This document shows positions 52,089-61,443 of a stretch of DNA of 64,000 bases, in pieces. Position 1 is the first letter of the stretch; each line of letters starts with the position of its first letter. The stretch comes from Terriglobia bacterium (GTDB taxonomy: Bacteria > Acidobacteriota > Terriglobia > 20CM-2-55-15), in contig CAXWPJ010000009.1 in the NCBI GenBank assembly GCA_963664115.2, positions 896,001 to 960,000 on the forward strand, read 5' to 3'. The position numbers and the translations under genes are program-made. The notes under the pieces were generated by a model, which worked only from the letters and a program-made list of their open reading frames with translations, searched no databases and was not told the DNA's origin.

Positions 52089-53245
52089 CTAGTGTACCCC
52101 GCTCGAAGTAATGTAACTAAAATAGCTTTCCAACGTCCAATAGAGAATGAGGAAAGCACCGACCATTGAATTGGATGACAAGCAGCGGATGGAGTTGGAG
52201 CGACTGAGTCGAAGCCGGAGTACATCGGTCCGGTTGGCGGAACGATCCCGAATTGTATTACTGGCCGCTGAAGGTCGGAACAATTATGAGATCGCCGCCC
52301 GCTTGGAGATCACGCGCCAGAAAGCGGGCCGCTGGCGCAATCGTTTTGTGGAACAGGGCTTGGCTGGGATCGAAAAGGATGCGCCGCGAAGCGGACGGAT
52401 TCCCACGATCAGTCGCCGGAAGCGAGCCCGGATCGTCAAGAAGACACTGGAAGAGAAGCCCCCGAACGCGACGCACTGGAGTCGGGCCTCGATGGCGAAG
52501 GCCGTTGGCGTGAGCGAGTCCACGGTCGGGAAAATCTGGCGGGTCCATGGACTGAAGCCTCATCTGTCACGAACCTTCAAACTATCCAACGACAAACGAT
52601 TCGCCGAAAAGCTGGAGGATGTGGTCGGTCTGTATCTGAGCCCACCGGAAAACGCCATTGTCTTGTCCTGCGATGAGAAGAGCCAGATGCAGGCCCTGGA
52701 CCGCACGCAACCCGGGTTACCTCTGAAGAAGGGGCGGTGTGGCACCATGACCCACGATTACAAACGTAACGGGACAACCACGCTTTTCGCCGCGCTCAAC
52801 ATCCTGGACGGTTCGGTCATCGGAACCTGCATGCCAAAGCATCGCCATCAGGAATGGATCCGGTTTCTGAATCAGATCAAACGCGCCATGCCGAAAGATA
52901 AGGAGATCCACATTATTTGCGACAACTATGCGACTCACAAACATCAGAAAGTCGTCAACTGGCTCAAGCGTAACAAGCGTTTTCATGTGCACTTCACGCC
53001 AACCAGTGCGTCGTGGCTCAACATGGTCGAGCGCTTTTTCCGGGATCTGTCCGAGCAACGACTCCGGCGTGGCGTTTTCCGCTCGGTCCCCGAGTTGATC
53101 CAGGCCGTGGAGGACTACCTCGCTCGTCACAATGAAGACCCGAAACCCTTCATCTGGACTGCAACGGCTTCCGACATCCTTGCTAAAGTCCAGCGCGGCC
53201 GGCGAAATCTTGATAAGTTACAGTCTGTTTAACGGGGACCACTAG
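52089..53245 (+). mobile_element. IS630-family element, copy 3
   Basis: Same CTAG-bounded ends. Confidence 0.92.
52147..53232 (+). CDS. IS630-family transposase
   Basis: Identical to the other copies. Confidence 0.92.
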   Translation: MRKAPTIELDDKQRMELERLSRSRSTSVRLAERSRIVLLAAEGRNNYEIAARLEITRQKAGRWRNRFVEQGLAGIEKDAPRSGRIPTISRRKRARIVKKTLEEKPPNATHWSRASMAKAVGVSESTVGKIWRVHGLKPHLSRTFKLSNDKRFAEKLEDVVGLYLSPPENAIVLSCDEKSQMQALDRTQPGLPLKKGRCGTMTHDYKRNGTTTLFAALNILDGSVIGTCMPKHRHQEWIRFLNQIKRAMPKDKEIHIICDNYATHKHQKVVNWLKRNKRFHVHFTPTSASWLNMVERFFRDLSEQRLRRGVFRSVPELIQAVEDYLARHNEDPKPFIWTATASDILAKVQRGRRNLDKLQSV

Positions 53246-53516
53246 ACCTACTGGCCCTGATCCGTAACCATCCCTTTTTGTCCCTCATTGGCATCTTCAT
53301 GTTGTACGACACGTTCATTAGAAGGTGGCCGTCGGATTAGCACCCCGAAAGCCTCCTTCCTCTGCCATGCAGTATCCAGTTCGAGAACTTCTTTCATGCG
53401 ACCTTCCATTCCCGCGTAGCCTTACCCACCGCTAACACAATCGCGCCCGCTGCTGCGTGTACGTCGTCAGAATAATTCGGACAAAAAGGCCGTTTTGCTA
53501 AGAGACGGTTTTCAAG

Positions 53517-54500
53517 TTATACCACTCCAGTCCTAAGGTTCTCGAACCTGCGTTGAGCCAGCGTCGTTCGTTTGATCTGGTCACGACGTGAAAGGACCTG
53601 CTGATCCCTCCCAAAGAACACGTCTGCTGGTGTCACGTTGTTAAGAGATTCGTGATACCGATGGTGGTTGTAGTGTTCAACCCATTGCTCGATCGCATGC
53701 TCGAGTTCCCACGGATAATAGTAATGTTCCAGTTTGACCACGTTCTTCATCGAACGGTGATAGCGTTCGATCTTGCCCTGTGTCATCGGGTGATAGGGCG
53801 CACCCCGAGTGTGTTCCATACCGCAACGTTGTAAATAGTCTTTGAGTTCGTGCGACACGTAGCAGGGGCCATTGTCGCTCAACAGGCGCGGCCGGTGCCG
53901 GACCTGTATCTGGTCGACGCCGGTCGCGTGTAGCGCCAGGTCCAGCGTGTCCTGAACGTCGGAGGCGGCCATGGTCTGGAACAACGTCCAGGCGATGATG
54001 TAGCGGGAGTAATCGTCCAGGACCGTGGACAGGTAATACCAACCCCAACCAACGACCCGAAAATAGGTGAAGTCGGTCTGCCAGAGTTCGTTCACACGCC
54101 GGGTTGGATGCTGGAAGTGATCGCTGGCCGTCATCACGATGTAGGCTGGACTGGTGATCAGGTCGCACCGCTTCAGTATCCGATACACGCTGGATTCGGA
54201 GATGAAGTAGTCCTGGGTGTCGGTGATCTGCCAGGCCAACTCCCGGGGTGAGACTTCCGGATGCGTGAGCGCCGTCTCCACGACCTGTTCCCGCACCGGT
54301 CCCGGAATCCGGTTCCAGCAGAAGCCGGGGCCGGAATGCCGATCCAATAAACCGACAGCGCCACGCTCTTTGTATCGGCGATACCAACCGTAGAAGGTGC
54401 TGCGAGGGATTCCCAGTTCCCGCACCGTCGCTGTCACCGACAACTCCGAGTCTTCCACCACTCGGATCGTCTCCAGCTTCTCAGATCCCGATTGCCTCAT
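53517..54500 (-). CDS. Transposase OrfB (rve DDE core)
   Basis: WQTDFTY, LDDYSR, SDNG, QGKIER. Confidence 0.9.
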   Translation of the reverse strand: MRQSGSEKLETIRVVEDSELSVTATVRELGIPRSTFYGWYRRYKERGAVGLLDRHSGPGFCWNRIPGPVREQVVETALTHPEVSPRELAWQITDTQDYFISESSVYRILKRCDLITSPAYIVMTASDHFQHPTRRVNELWQTDFTYFRVVGWGWYYLSTVLDDYSRYIIAWTLFQTMAASDVQDTLDLALHATGVDQIQVRHRPRLLSDNGPCYVSHELKDYLQRCGMEHTRGAPYHPMTQGKIERYHRSMKNVVKLEHYYYPWELEHAIEQWVEHYNHHRYHESLNNVTPADVFFGRDQQVLSRRDQIKRTTLAQRRFENLRTGVV

Positions 54501-54862
54501 ATATCGATGCTCTCGGAGTCCGTTACGTTCAACGTTTTTTTCAGAAAACGATTCTTCAGCAGTATTTCGGCCACCACCTGCTTCAACTGGTCGTTCTCCT
54601 GGCGCAATTCGGTGACTTCACTCGACGTGGCTTCCCGCTTCGTGTCCCCGGCCAGTCGTTTCTTTCCGGCCTCCAGGAAGTCCTTGCTCCACCGGTAATA
54701 CAAATTCGATGGAATCCCTTCGCGTCGGCACAGCTCTGCGATGCTCTCTTCACCTCGCAGCCCTTCCAACACGATCCGCACTTTCTCTTCCGACGAGTAC
54801 TTCTGCCTCGTCTTCCGACGAATCTCCCGTACCCGATTCTCTGCCGACACTTTCTCTTTCAT
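54497..54862 (-). CDS. Transposase OrfA (HTH)
   Basis: YSSEEKVRIVLEGLRGE.SIAELCRREGI. Confidence 0.88.
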   Translation of the reverse strand: MKEKVSAENRVREIRRKTRQKYSSEEKVRIVLEGLRGEESIAELCRREGIPSNLYYRWSKDFLEAGKKRLAGDTKREATSSEVTELRQENDQLKQVVAEILLKNRFLKKTLNVTDSESIDI

Positions 54863-55149
54863 TCGATCCTCCTTCAGATCGTTCTGATTAGAAAAGTGTC
54901 TCTTAGTTTTTTACGGGATTCTGTCCGAAATGCTCTGACGGGCTACAGTTGAGCCAATGTAGGTCGCCCGTCATATACCAGCGTCATCCGCGGTCGCCTC
55001 TTTCAAAAACGATGCGACAGTCTCAAACGCGCCCCTCCCTCCTCGAGCGGGCGCTTATGCCAACATCCGCGGTTCTGACATTGACAAGTTCCGCGTGGGA
55101 ATGCTAACTCTGAGCAGCTATTTCAAACAATTGCAGAGATGGAGAGACT

Positions 55150-55971
55150 ATGAAGTGTCCAAGCCGGGTTCTCATGCGAATCATGAAATACGGGACAAGC
55201 CTACTGGTTTTCATTTTACTGGTGGGAATTCCATTGTCGACCGAAGCCCAATCATCGCGTCCCACCCTGGAAGGCATGTGGAGTGATCCGCCCGCCACTG
55301 CAGTGGGAGACTTCTGCCATGGATGGTGTACCGACGCCGGACTTGACTACCTAGAAAGACTGTTGGACGACCCCGCAAACGACGCTCGTGGGTTCCGCGA
55401 ACTTCAGGCGGAGGCCGCCAAACATCAACAAGAGACATACATCGTCCCTCGACTAACAGCTGCGGCGCTAGAGACCTACCCGCTGGACCCAGCAGACGAT
55501 CCATCATTTCTTCGTTGTGAGCCGTATGGACTGGCCCGACAGATGCGAGTGAGGCACCAGCTTGAGATAAGGCAGCGCGGCAATGACCTAATCGAATTCC
55601 ATTACGGAGAATGGGACGCGCGGAGGACGATCTATCTGAATGGCCGCGAGCGCCCATCCAACCAGACGACGCTATTGGGACATTCTGTGGCCCACTGGGA
55701 TGGCGAGACGCTGGTTGTCGAGACGGCCGGTATTCAAGCAAACCGCCTCCCCTTTAACGCCGAACACAGCGACCAACTGCGGGTTGTAGAACGCTATGCC
55801 CGCTCGAAGGACGACGACACGTTAGTGCTTACGGCGACGATGGAGGATCCGTGGGGTTTGCGGGAGCCGGTGGTGATTAAGAGAATCTGGCGTTGGGCTC
55901 CGGAGAGCCGGATTGATCCGTATGAAGACTGCGAACTCCCGACCGAATTCACGAGAGGAGTGACGCCATGA
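55150..55971 (+). CDS. Secreted DUF6152-partner family protein
   Basis: CEPYG, GHSVAHWDGETLVVET, HSDQLRVVERY; start may be the later Met. Confidence 0.75.
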   Translation: MKCPSRVLMRIMKYGTSLLVFILLVGIPLSTEAQSSRPTLEGMWSDPPATAVGDFCHGWCTDAGLDYLERLLDDPANDARGFRELQAEAAKHQQETYIVPRLTAAALETYPLDPADDPSFLRCEPYGLARQMRVRHQLEIRQRGNDLIEFHYGEWDARRTIYLNGRERPSNQTTLLGHSVAHWDGETLVVETAGIQANRLPFNAEHSDQLRVVERYARSKDDDTLVLTATMEDPWGLREPVVIKRIWRWAPESRIDPYEDCELPTEFTRGVTP

Positions 55972-56414
55972 GACTGTTACGCTCGTGGTTTTTAGTTTTG
56001 CCGGTTCTGATGCTGTCTGCAGTAGAGGCCAGTTCGCATCATGCGTTTAGCCCGGTCTACGACGAAACGCAGCTGATCACGGTTGCAGGCATGGTGACTC
56101 AGTTCAGGTTCGTTAATCCGCACGCGATGATGTTGATGGAAATCACAGATGAGTCAGGTCAGATTGTGAAATGGACAGTCGAGTTTGCTGGAGTTCTCAA
56201 TCTGTCGGAGGTGGGTTGGACAGCCGACTCGATCAAGGCTGGCGAACTGGTGACGGTAACCGGCAACCCGACCCATACCGGCTCCCAGAGAATGTTCTTT
56301 CGTCGACTCGCCCGGCCAGATGGAACGGAACTCCTGCCGGCAGGCCCCCAACGTCTGAAAGCTATTGAAGAGGAGCGGAGGCAGCGTGCACTCCGGAGGA
56401 ATCAAGAAAATTAA
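55968..56414 (+). CDS. DUF6152-like secreted protein
   Basis: SSHHAFSPVYD..GMVTQFRFVNPH. Confidence 0.78.
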   Translation: MRLLRSWFLVLPVLMLSAVEASSHHAFSPVYDETQLITVAGMVTQFRFVNPHAMMLMEITDESGQIVKWTVEFAGVLNLSEVGWTADSIKAGELVTVTGNPTHTGSQRMFFRRLARPDGTELLPAGPQRLKAIEEERRQRALRRNQEN

Positions 56415-56540
56415 TCCAACCTTTCGCCCGTACCGCTGTGCAGTTGGTCCTCCACGATTTCGCTAGGGGCGACGCAGGATTAATCGTGCCTTGGCACCTT
56501 GCGTTTAGGGATCAATCAAATCGGTCTGTGGCAGGTAAGA

Positions 56541-56561
56541 GAGCGCGTGCCGGTTCCCTGA
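56541..56561 (+). pseudogene. Kinase tail remnant ERVPVP*
   Basis: GAGCGCGTGCCGGTTCCCTGA. Confidence 0.75.
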
Positions 56562-56566
56562 TTTCA

Positions 56567-56607
56567 AGTTCAAGGTAACGACAAATCATCTTCTCGGACC
56601 TTGAGAA
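56567..56607 (+). repeat. 40-bp site, forward, degenerate left arm
   Basis: AGTTCAAGGTAACGACAA-ATCATC-TTCTCGGACCTTGAGAA. Confidence 0.85.
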
Positions 56608-56962
56608 TTGGAATTCCTAAAAAATTCTAAAAATCGGGCCCATTAATATGTCCCAAAAATACGCTCCCAGCCAGCCACCCAAACCTACCCTCACGCCTTT
56701 GTCGGTTCGATCCGACGCCATGTCAGCAAAAAGTAGCGCAACGTATCGGATTGCGGCTCTGTTCGGTCTGTAACGGTTATCGGCGGACGCGATGGGAAAA
56801 GCGCGTTACTCCGATTGTCGAAGCCGTCGTGCGCGGTAGGCGGCTGATCAAGATGGCTGACCCCCACCCAGCTCGATAGGCCCGGAAGAAGAACCGGGGC
56901 CGCGGACAGGACCTGGCTTTAGCAAGATCCGGAGAACGTCGCATAATCAGTATCGTGCGAAG

Positions 56963-57151
56963 TTACTTATTCACAATAAGTCTCAGCTCCTTTGGTTCGA
57001 ACCACCGATTGTGATCTATTCCGGTTGGGTCGGTCCAAGCACATAGGACGTTCGCTTTGATGTTTGGATCGGGATCTATCTCCATGACGGTCATTACGGC
57101 ATCGGTGATCTTGTCTATCACTTTGTCGCCGACTTTGCCTTTGAATGTCAT
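56963..57151 (-). CDS. Small DUF2158/YodC-like protein
   Basis: KVGDKV..MTV..V.CAW..F.P.EL pattern. Confidence 0.55.
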   Translation of the reverse strand: MTFKGKVGDKVIDKITDAVMTVMEIDPDPNIKANVLCAWTDPTGIDHNRWFEPKELRLIVNK

Positions 57152-57237
57152 TCAATGAGGGTAACAAATTGAACGGGCATATTCGGCGGCATGAGACAGC
57201 GGCTGTCGGATGTTGTGGTTTGACCAAGGAGCAATAA

Positions 57238-57411
57238 ATGAATCAGGTGTGACTGACCGGACACGTTGGACATCACGCCGAGTTGCGATACACCCAAAGC
57301 GGGACACCCATCCTGAATTTCTCCATCGCGACAAACGAATACTGGAAAGACGGCACCGGCCAAACGCAAATACGGACCGACTGGTACAAGTGCGTCTTGT
57401 GGGGCGTTTAA
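57238..57411 (+). pseudogene. ssb: Truncated single-stranded DNA-binding protein
   Basis: SD + MNQV*LTGHVGHHAELRYTQSGTPILNFSIATNEYWKD..TDWYKCVLWG*. Confidence 0.8.
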
Positions 57412-57433
57412 GCCTCTCTCAGTGATCTCACCA

Positions 57434-57473
57434 TTCTCAAGTCCTGACAAATCATCTTCGCGGACATTGAGAA
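57434..57473 (+). repeat. 40-bp site, forward
   Basis: TTCTCAAGTCCTGACAA-ATCATC-TTCGCGGACATTGAGAA. Confidence 0.92.
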
Positions 57474-57675
57474 TTGGGCGAGGCCCTCGCCAGACCTGCA
57501 CCTCAGCCGATCGCATTTTCTGGCTGACGAACGCGGCCCCGCCGAACGGTCCACCTGTCGGTGGGGGCCGACTGTCCGAATGGCCCTCACGACGTCCATA
57601 CACTCAATTTAGGTTTGATATAATCGGGCCGAACCAAACACAAAGCGACGCTATGTTCTGTGAGGAGGACGTGTC

Positions 57676-58764
57676 ATGCCTATGAAGCGCTATCTGGGGT
57701 CCGCATTCTGTGCTGTTTTGTTCGTGGCCGCTTGGAGCCCGGGTAACGTGAGCGCGCAGGACCTTCAGGTTACCGACGATTCCCCTATCGCGAGGGCCAG
57801 GGCGGCTGCATACCGGCCTGGGCATGACTTTACAAGGCTATTCAATCAGCTTTGTGGCGAGTTGCCTCCCCGTCGCACAAGGGTGGACGCAGGGACCTTA
57901 GTTCTGGAGTCTAGAACTGCACCACCCGCCGCCCGGACTATTCCAGCGCAGTCGGCGTGGCACACAGTGCCTGCGAAGGTGTTCGACAACCTGTATTACG
58001 TCGGGAGTCGTAACCAATCAATGTGGGCTGTGACGACGTCTGAGGGCATCATTCTGCATGACACGGCTTACGATTACATGGTTGAAGCTGAAATTGTCGA
58101 CGGGTTGCGGGAATTAGGTCTCGATCCGGCCCAGATCAAATATGTCATCATCAGCCACGGCCACGCCGACCACTACTTGGGAGCCAAACAACTCCAGGAC
58201 AGCTACGGTGCGCGTCTCATCATGTCCGAAGCGGATTGGGATCTGGTGGCCAACGATGGAAATCCCACCGAGCTTAAGCCCCAGAAAGATCTCGTGGCCA
58301 CCGATGGCATGGAACTGACGCTTGGCGATACTACGCTGACCCTCTACGTGACGCCGGGCCACACTCCAGGCACGATTTCGACGCTGTTTCCGCTTAGGGA
58401 TGGAGACCGATGGCACCTCGGCGCCTTGTGGGGAGGGACCGCTTTCGGGTTCAGGTATTTTGAGGATCCTTTCGACGCCTTGGGAACCTTCAGCGCGTCC
58501 GCAAGACGTTTTCAGGCAATCGCAGCGATGGCCCGAGCCGACGTTCACCTGTCGAGCCACACGATCTACGACAACACGCACGACAAACTCAACGCTCTGA
58601 AGTTTCGTAATCCGGGCGACGCCCATCCGTTCGTAAGCGCAGATGTTGTCGAGCGCTATCAGACAATAGTGAGCGAATGTACGGAGGTTATATTGGAGTG
58701 GTTGACGAATGCTCGCCGTGACGGTCTTTCCTTCAGGCACACCATCGAGAGTGGTCTTCGTTAA
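57676..58764 (+). CDS. Secreted subclass B3-like metallo-beta-lactamase-fold hydrolase
   Basis: VFDNLYYVG, SHGHADH, TPGHTPG. Confidence 0.85.
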   Translation: MPMKRYLGSAFCAVLFVAAWSPGNVSAQDLQVTDDSPIARARAAAYRPGHDFTRLFNQLCGELPPRRTRVDAGTLVLESRTAPPAARTIPAQSAWHTVPAKVFDNLYYVGSRNQSMWAVTTSEGIILHDTAYDYMVEAEIVDGLRELGLDPAQIKYVIISHGHADHYLGAKQLQDSYGARLIMSEADWDLVANDGNPTELKPQKDLVATDGMELTLGDTTLTLYVTPGHTPGTISTLFPLRDGDRWHLGALWGGTAFGFRYFEDPFDALGTFSASARRFQAIAAMARADVHLSSHTIYDNTHDKLNALKFRNPGDAHPFVSADVVERYQTIVSECTEVILEWLTNARRDGLSFRHTIESGLR

Positions 58765-58938
58765 GCTGAGGAAACGGAAGAATGTGCGTGAGGGTTATCA
58801 GCTTCCTGAGTTGGAAGATTGCAGCATGAGGCTTTCCGCCCGATTCGATCCGGTGGTCTTCTTACCTTGACGCGGAACTGGAAGCACACGCCATGCCACG
58901 ATGTCGCACGAAATACCCGTCCTCTTCAAATACGAAGT

Positions 58939-60408
58939 TCATAGCGGAAATGGAAGCAGCTGGTCGGCAAGATAGAACACGAGCAGCGAGACCACAGGGA
59001 TTACCAGCACAGTAATTGCGACGCCTCCCTTCACCATCGTTCCCATTCGCACGTACCCGCTGGCGAACACCATTGCGTTGTAGGGTGTGCCGACCGGCAG
59101 CGGAAACGCCATCGAAGCGGCGACACCCACGGCCACCAGCAGCGCTATGGGATTAATACCCGTCGAGGCCCCCATGCCCTGGACCAACGCTCCAACCATG
59201 CTCACCGCCGCGATATTCGAAACAAAACTGGTCATCACTGCAGTGAACGTCACGACTCCAAACACGAAAATGAGCTGTGAACCCGCTGACGCACTGAAGG
59301 AAGTGATGCCTTCTTCTAAGAACTGGCCGAGCCCAAGCGTTCTGTTTGCTAGGGTGTTTCCGAGGGCGAGAGCCGCCGCAATCAGGGCCAGTGTGCCCCA
59401 TTCCACGCCTTTGACGGCTTCATCCCAGGTCATCACAAACTTGCGGTTCTTCCAGTCCACCGGAAGCAGGAAAAGGGAAGTCGCCATGATGAGAGCGGTC
59501 ACGGACCAATCCAGGTGCGTTGTTACCCAGGCACTCACGGGGTGTAGTCGACCACCCGCCAGGAAAAGCGGAAGTACATCCGGCAGCAACCAGAGGAACA
59601 TCGCAGTGAGGAACACGATCGCTGAAAGCTTTTCCCCGCGGTTCCATGGGCCGAGCTTTTTCAACTCTTCCTGCATAAATGAAGCAGACAGCCACCGTTC
59701 GGGTTTCTCGGGACGCAGGACGTAGCGGATCACGACGAACATCGCCATCAATCCGATGATGGTCATCGGAACGCAGATCATCATCCATTGCAGAAAGCCA
59801 ATGCGATATCCCATTGAGTTGGCAACGCCAATCGCGATCAAATTCGTCGGTGCACCGATCGGCGTCGCGATTCCCCCCATCGTTGCGCCCCAGGCGATTG
59901 AAAGGAACAGAACCTCGGGGTAGCGGGTGCCTGGCTCCAAATCGAGCGACTTAACCAGCCCGAGAGCAATAGAAAGAAAGACCACCGTTGTGATCACATT
60001 CGACAAAACCGGGCTCATTATGGCGGCGCCAATACCGAAAACCATCAGGAGCCGCCACGGATTTCCAGCGACCAGGGAAGAGCCCGCCATATGGTAGGCA
60101 ATTCTGCGCGCAAGCCCGTGGAGAGTCACGGCGTGGCCGATGATGAATGCTCCGAGGAGAAATATAACGATCCAGTTGGACCAGGTACTAAACGCCGACT
60201 GAACTGGAAGGACCCCACAGAGGACAAGCATCGCCAAGGCGAAAAACGATGTGGCCGGAATCGGAATCGCTTCTGTGAACCACCAGGTGGCGGTCCAGAG
60301 AAAGATCCCCAGAGTGCGCATGCCTATTTCTGTCACGCCCTCCAGGGGAGGGGACAAGACCGATACAGTAAACAGCAAAGGGCCAATCCAGAGCCCGATC
60401 ACCTTCAT
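58939..60408 (-). CDS. SLC13/DASS sodium:anion symporter
   Basis: EAIP, SN..T, GG.ATPIGAPTN, PVGTPYNA. Confidence 0.9.
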   Translation of the reverse strand: MKVIGLWIGPLLFTVSVLSPPLEGVTEIGMRTLGIFLWTATWWFTEAIPIPATSFFALAMLVLCGVLPVQSAFSTWSNWIVIFLLGAFIIGHAVTLHGLARRIAYHMAGSSLVAGNPWRLLMVFGIGAAIMSPVLSNVITTVVFLSIALGLVKSLDLEPGTRYPEVLFLSIAWGATMGGIATPIGAPTNLIAIGVANSMGYRIGFLQWMMICVPMTIIGLMAMFVVIRYVLRPEKPERWLSASFMQEELKKLGPWNRGEKLSAIVFLTAMFLWLLPDVLPLFLAGGRLHPVSAWVTTHLDWSVTALIMATSLFLLPVDWKNRKFVMTWDEAVKGVEWGTLALIAAALALGNTLANRTLGLGQFLEEGITSFSASAGSQLIFVFGVVTFTAVMTSFVSNIAAVSMVGALVQGMGASTGINPIALLVAVGVAASMAFPLPVGTPYNAMVFASGYVRMGTMVKGGVAITVLVIPVVSLLVFYLADQLLPFPL

Positions 60409-60564
60409 GCGCTTCTCCAGTTCGACTCTAGTGAGTCTGGTGCAGATTCCACGCCGCCCTTCATCTTCACGAAGAGCGGCGTTTCATATTTTAAATCGGG
60501 TTTTCGAGAGGGCCCTCACCCGCATTGGGCTCCGGCCGAATCGGACTTCAGTTGGAATTGACCT

Positions 60565-61443
60565 CTACGAACCGACTGCCACTGCATCGCGAAATGTATC
60601 GTTGTATCCATCAACCTCGTTTATCGGCGCGCAGATTCCTTCCGTGATTCCCGCAAACAGCCCTTCCCATCCAGAAAAGGTGTAGGCTTCGGGCGGCAGT
60701 CGTTCGAATGACTTCGTGTTTCCCACCCAGGTAGACGTATAGTACTCGGGGTCATCGAGCGTGAGTTGAAGCTCTAGGGTGTCGGAGTCAACACGTGTGT
60801 ACCGCTCTTCGATCCGGGCGTGGAAACTTTTCGGATGCCCAACGTTTTCGTCGAGCCAGGCTCTGGGTTCGAGACCGACCGTATTGACGACGAGCGTATC
60901 GCCCTGCCACTCGCCAACCGAGTGACCATACCAAGCAGGGCCCAGGTTCTCGAGGTTCTCACCCGAGGGCAGTTCCCTCCCGTCCAGCCACAGTATGCGC
61001 ACTCTGTGTTCCCACTGGAAGAATTGGATCAGCCTGTCCTCGAGCTGAAGGAATTCGATGGGTTCGGAATCGAGAAGAAGCCTTGGAAAACCCACCGGGT
61101 TACACGTCTTTTCGGGATCGTTTGAAAGCGCGGGTAGCGATACTTGAGGGGCTGGAATATTCTCGCTCATCCGTGCCTGTCCCTCCGGCGTCAATGCAGG
61201 AGCAGTTTCGCTCGGGCCGATCAGACCGGTGTTGGTGCTGAGAAGCCAGAACCCGGACAAATCACGCGGATCGAACGAGTCCGCCGCCGTTTGCTGTCCT
61301 GGCGGTGGAGGCGTTGCCGTGCAGCTTATCAACGAGAACAACAGCACTGATACCACCACGCCCATCATGGAACGTACGCAACGATCTTGCACGCTTGAAC
61401 CCCTCAATTCTGATATTGGCTTTCCGTATTCTACGCTGGCCAC
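60565..61443 (-). CDS. DUF6152-partner family lipoprotein
   Basis: LISC lipobox, CNPVGFPR, GHSVGEWQGDTL; true start probably at the internal MM. Confidence 0.75.
   Translation of the reverse strand: MASVEYGKPISELRGSSVQDRCVRSMMGVVVSVLLFSLISCTATPPPPGQQTAADSFDPRDLSGFWLLSTNTGLIGPSETAPALTPEGQARMSENIPAPQVSLPALSNDPEKTCNPVGFPRLLLDSEPIEFLQLEDRLIQFFQWEHRVRILWLDGRELPSGENLENLGPAWYGHSVGEWQGDTLVVNTVGLEPRAWLDENVGHPKSFHARIEERYTRVDSDTLELQLTLDDPEYYTSTWVGNTKSFERLPPEAYTFSGWEGLFAGITEGICAPINEVDGYNDTFRDAVAVGS

Larger units (their letters stand above)
53458..54947 (-). mobile_element. IS3-superfamily element (orfA/orfB)
   Basis: TGT..ACA termini with imperfect IRs containing GTCAGA..TTCGGACA. Confidence 0.8.

Noticed and set aside
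57250-57252. In-frame TGA in ssb as recoding
   Set aside because: The gene is also truncated downstream, and other genes use TGA as a normal stop.
15002-57473. CRISPR array or classical integron
   Set aside because: Spacing runs from tens of bp to several kb, both orientations occur, there is no cas or intI gene, and there are no attC R boxes.
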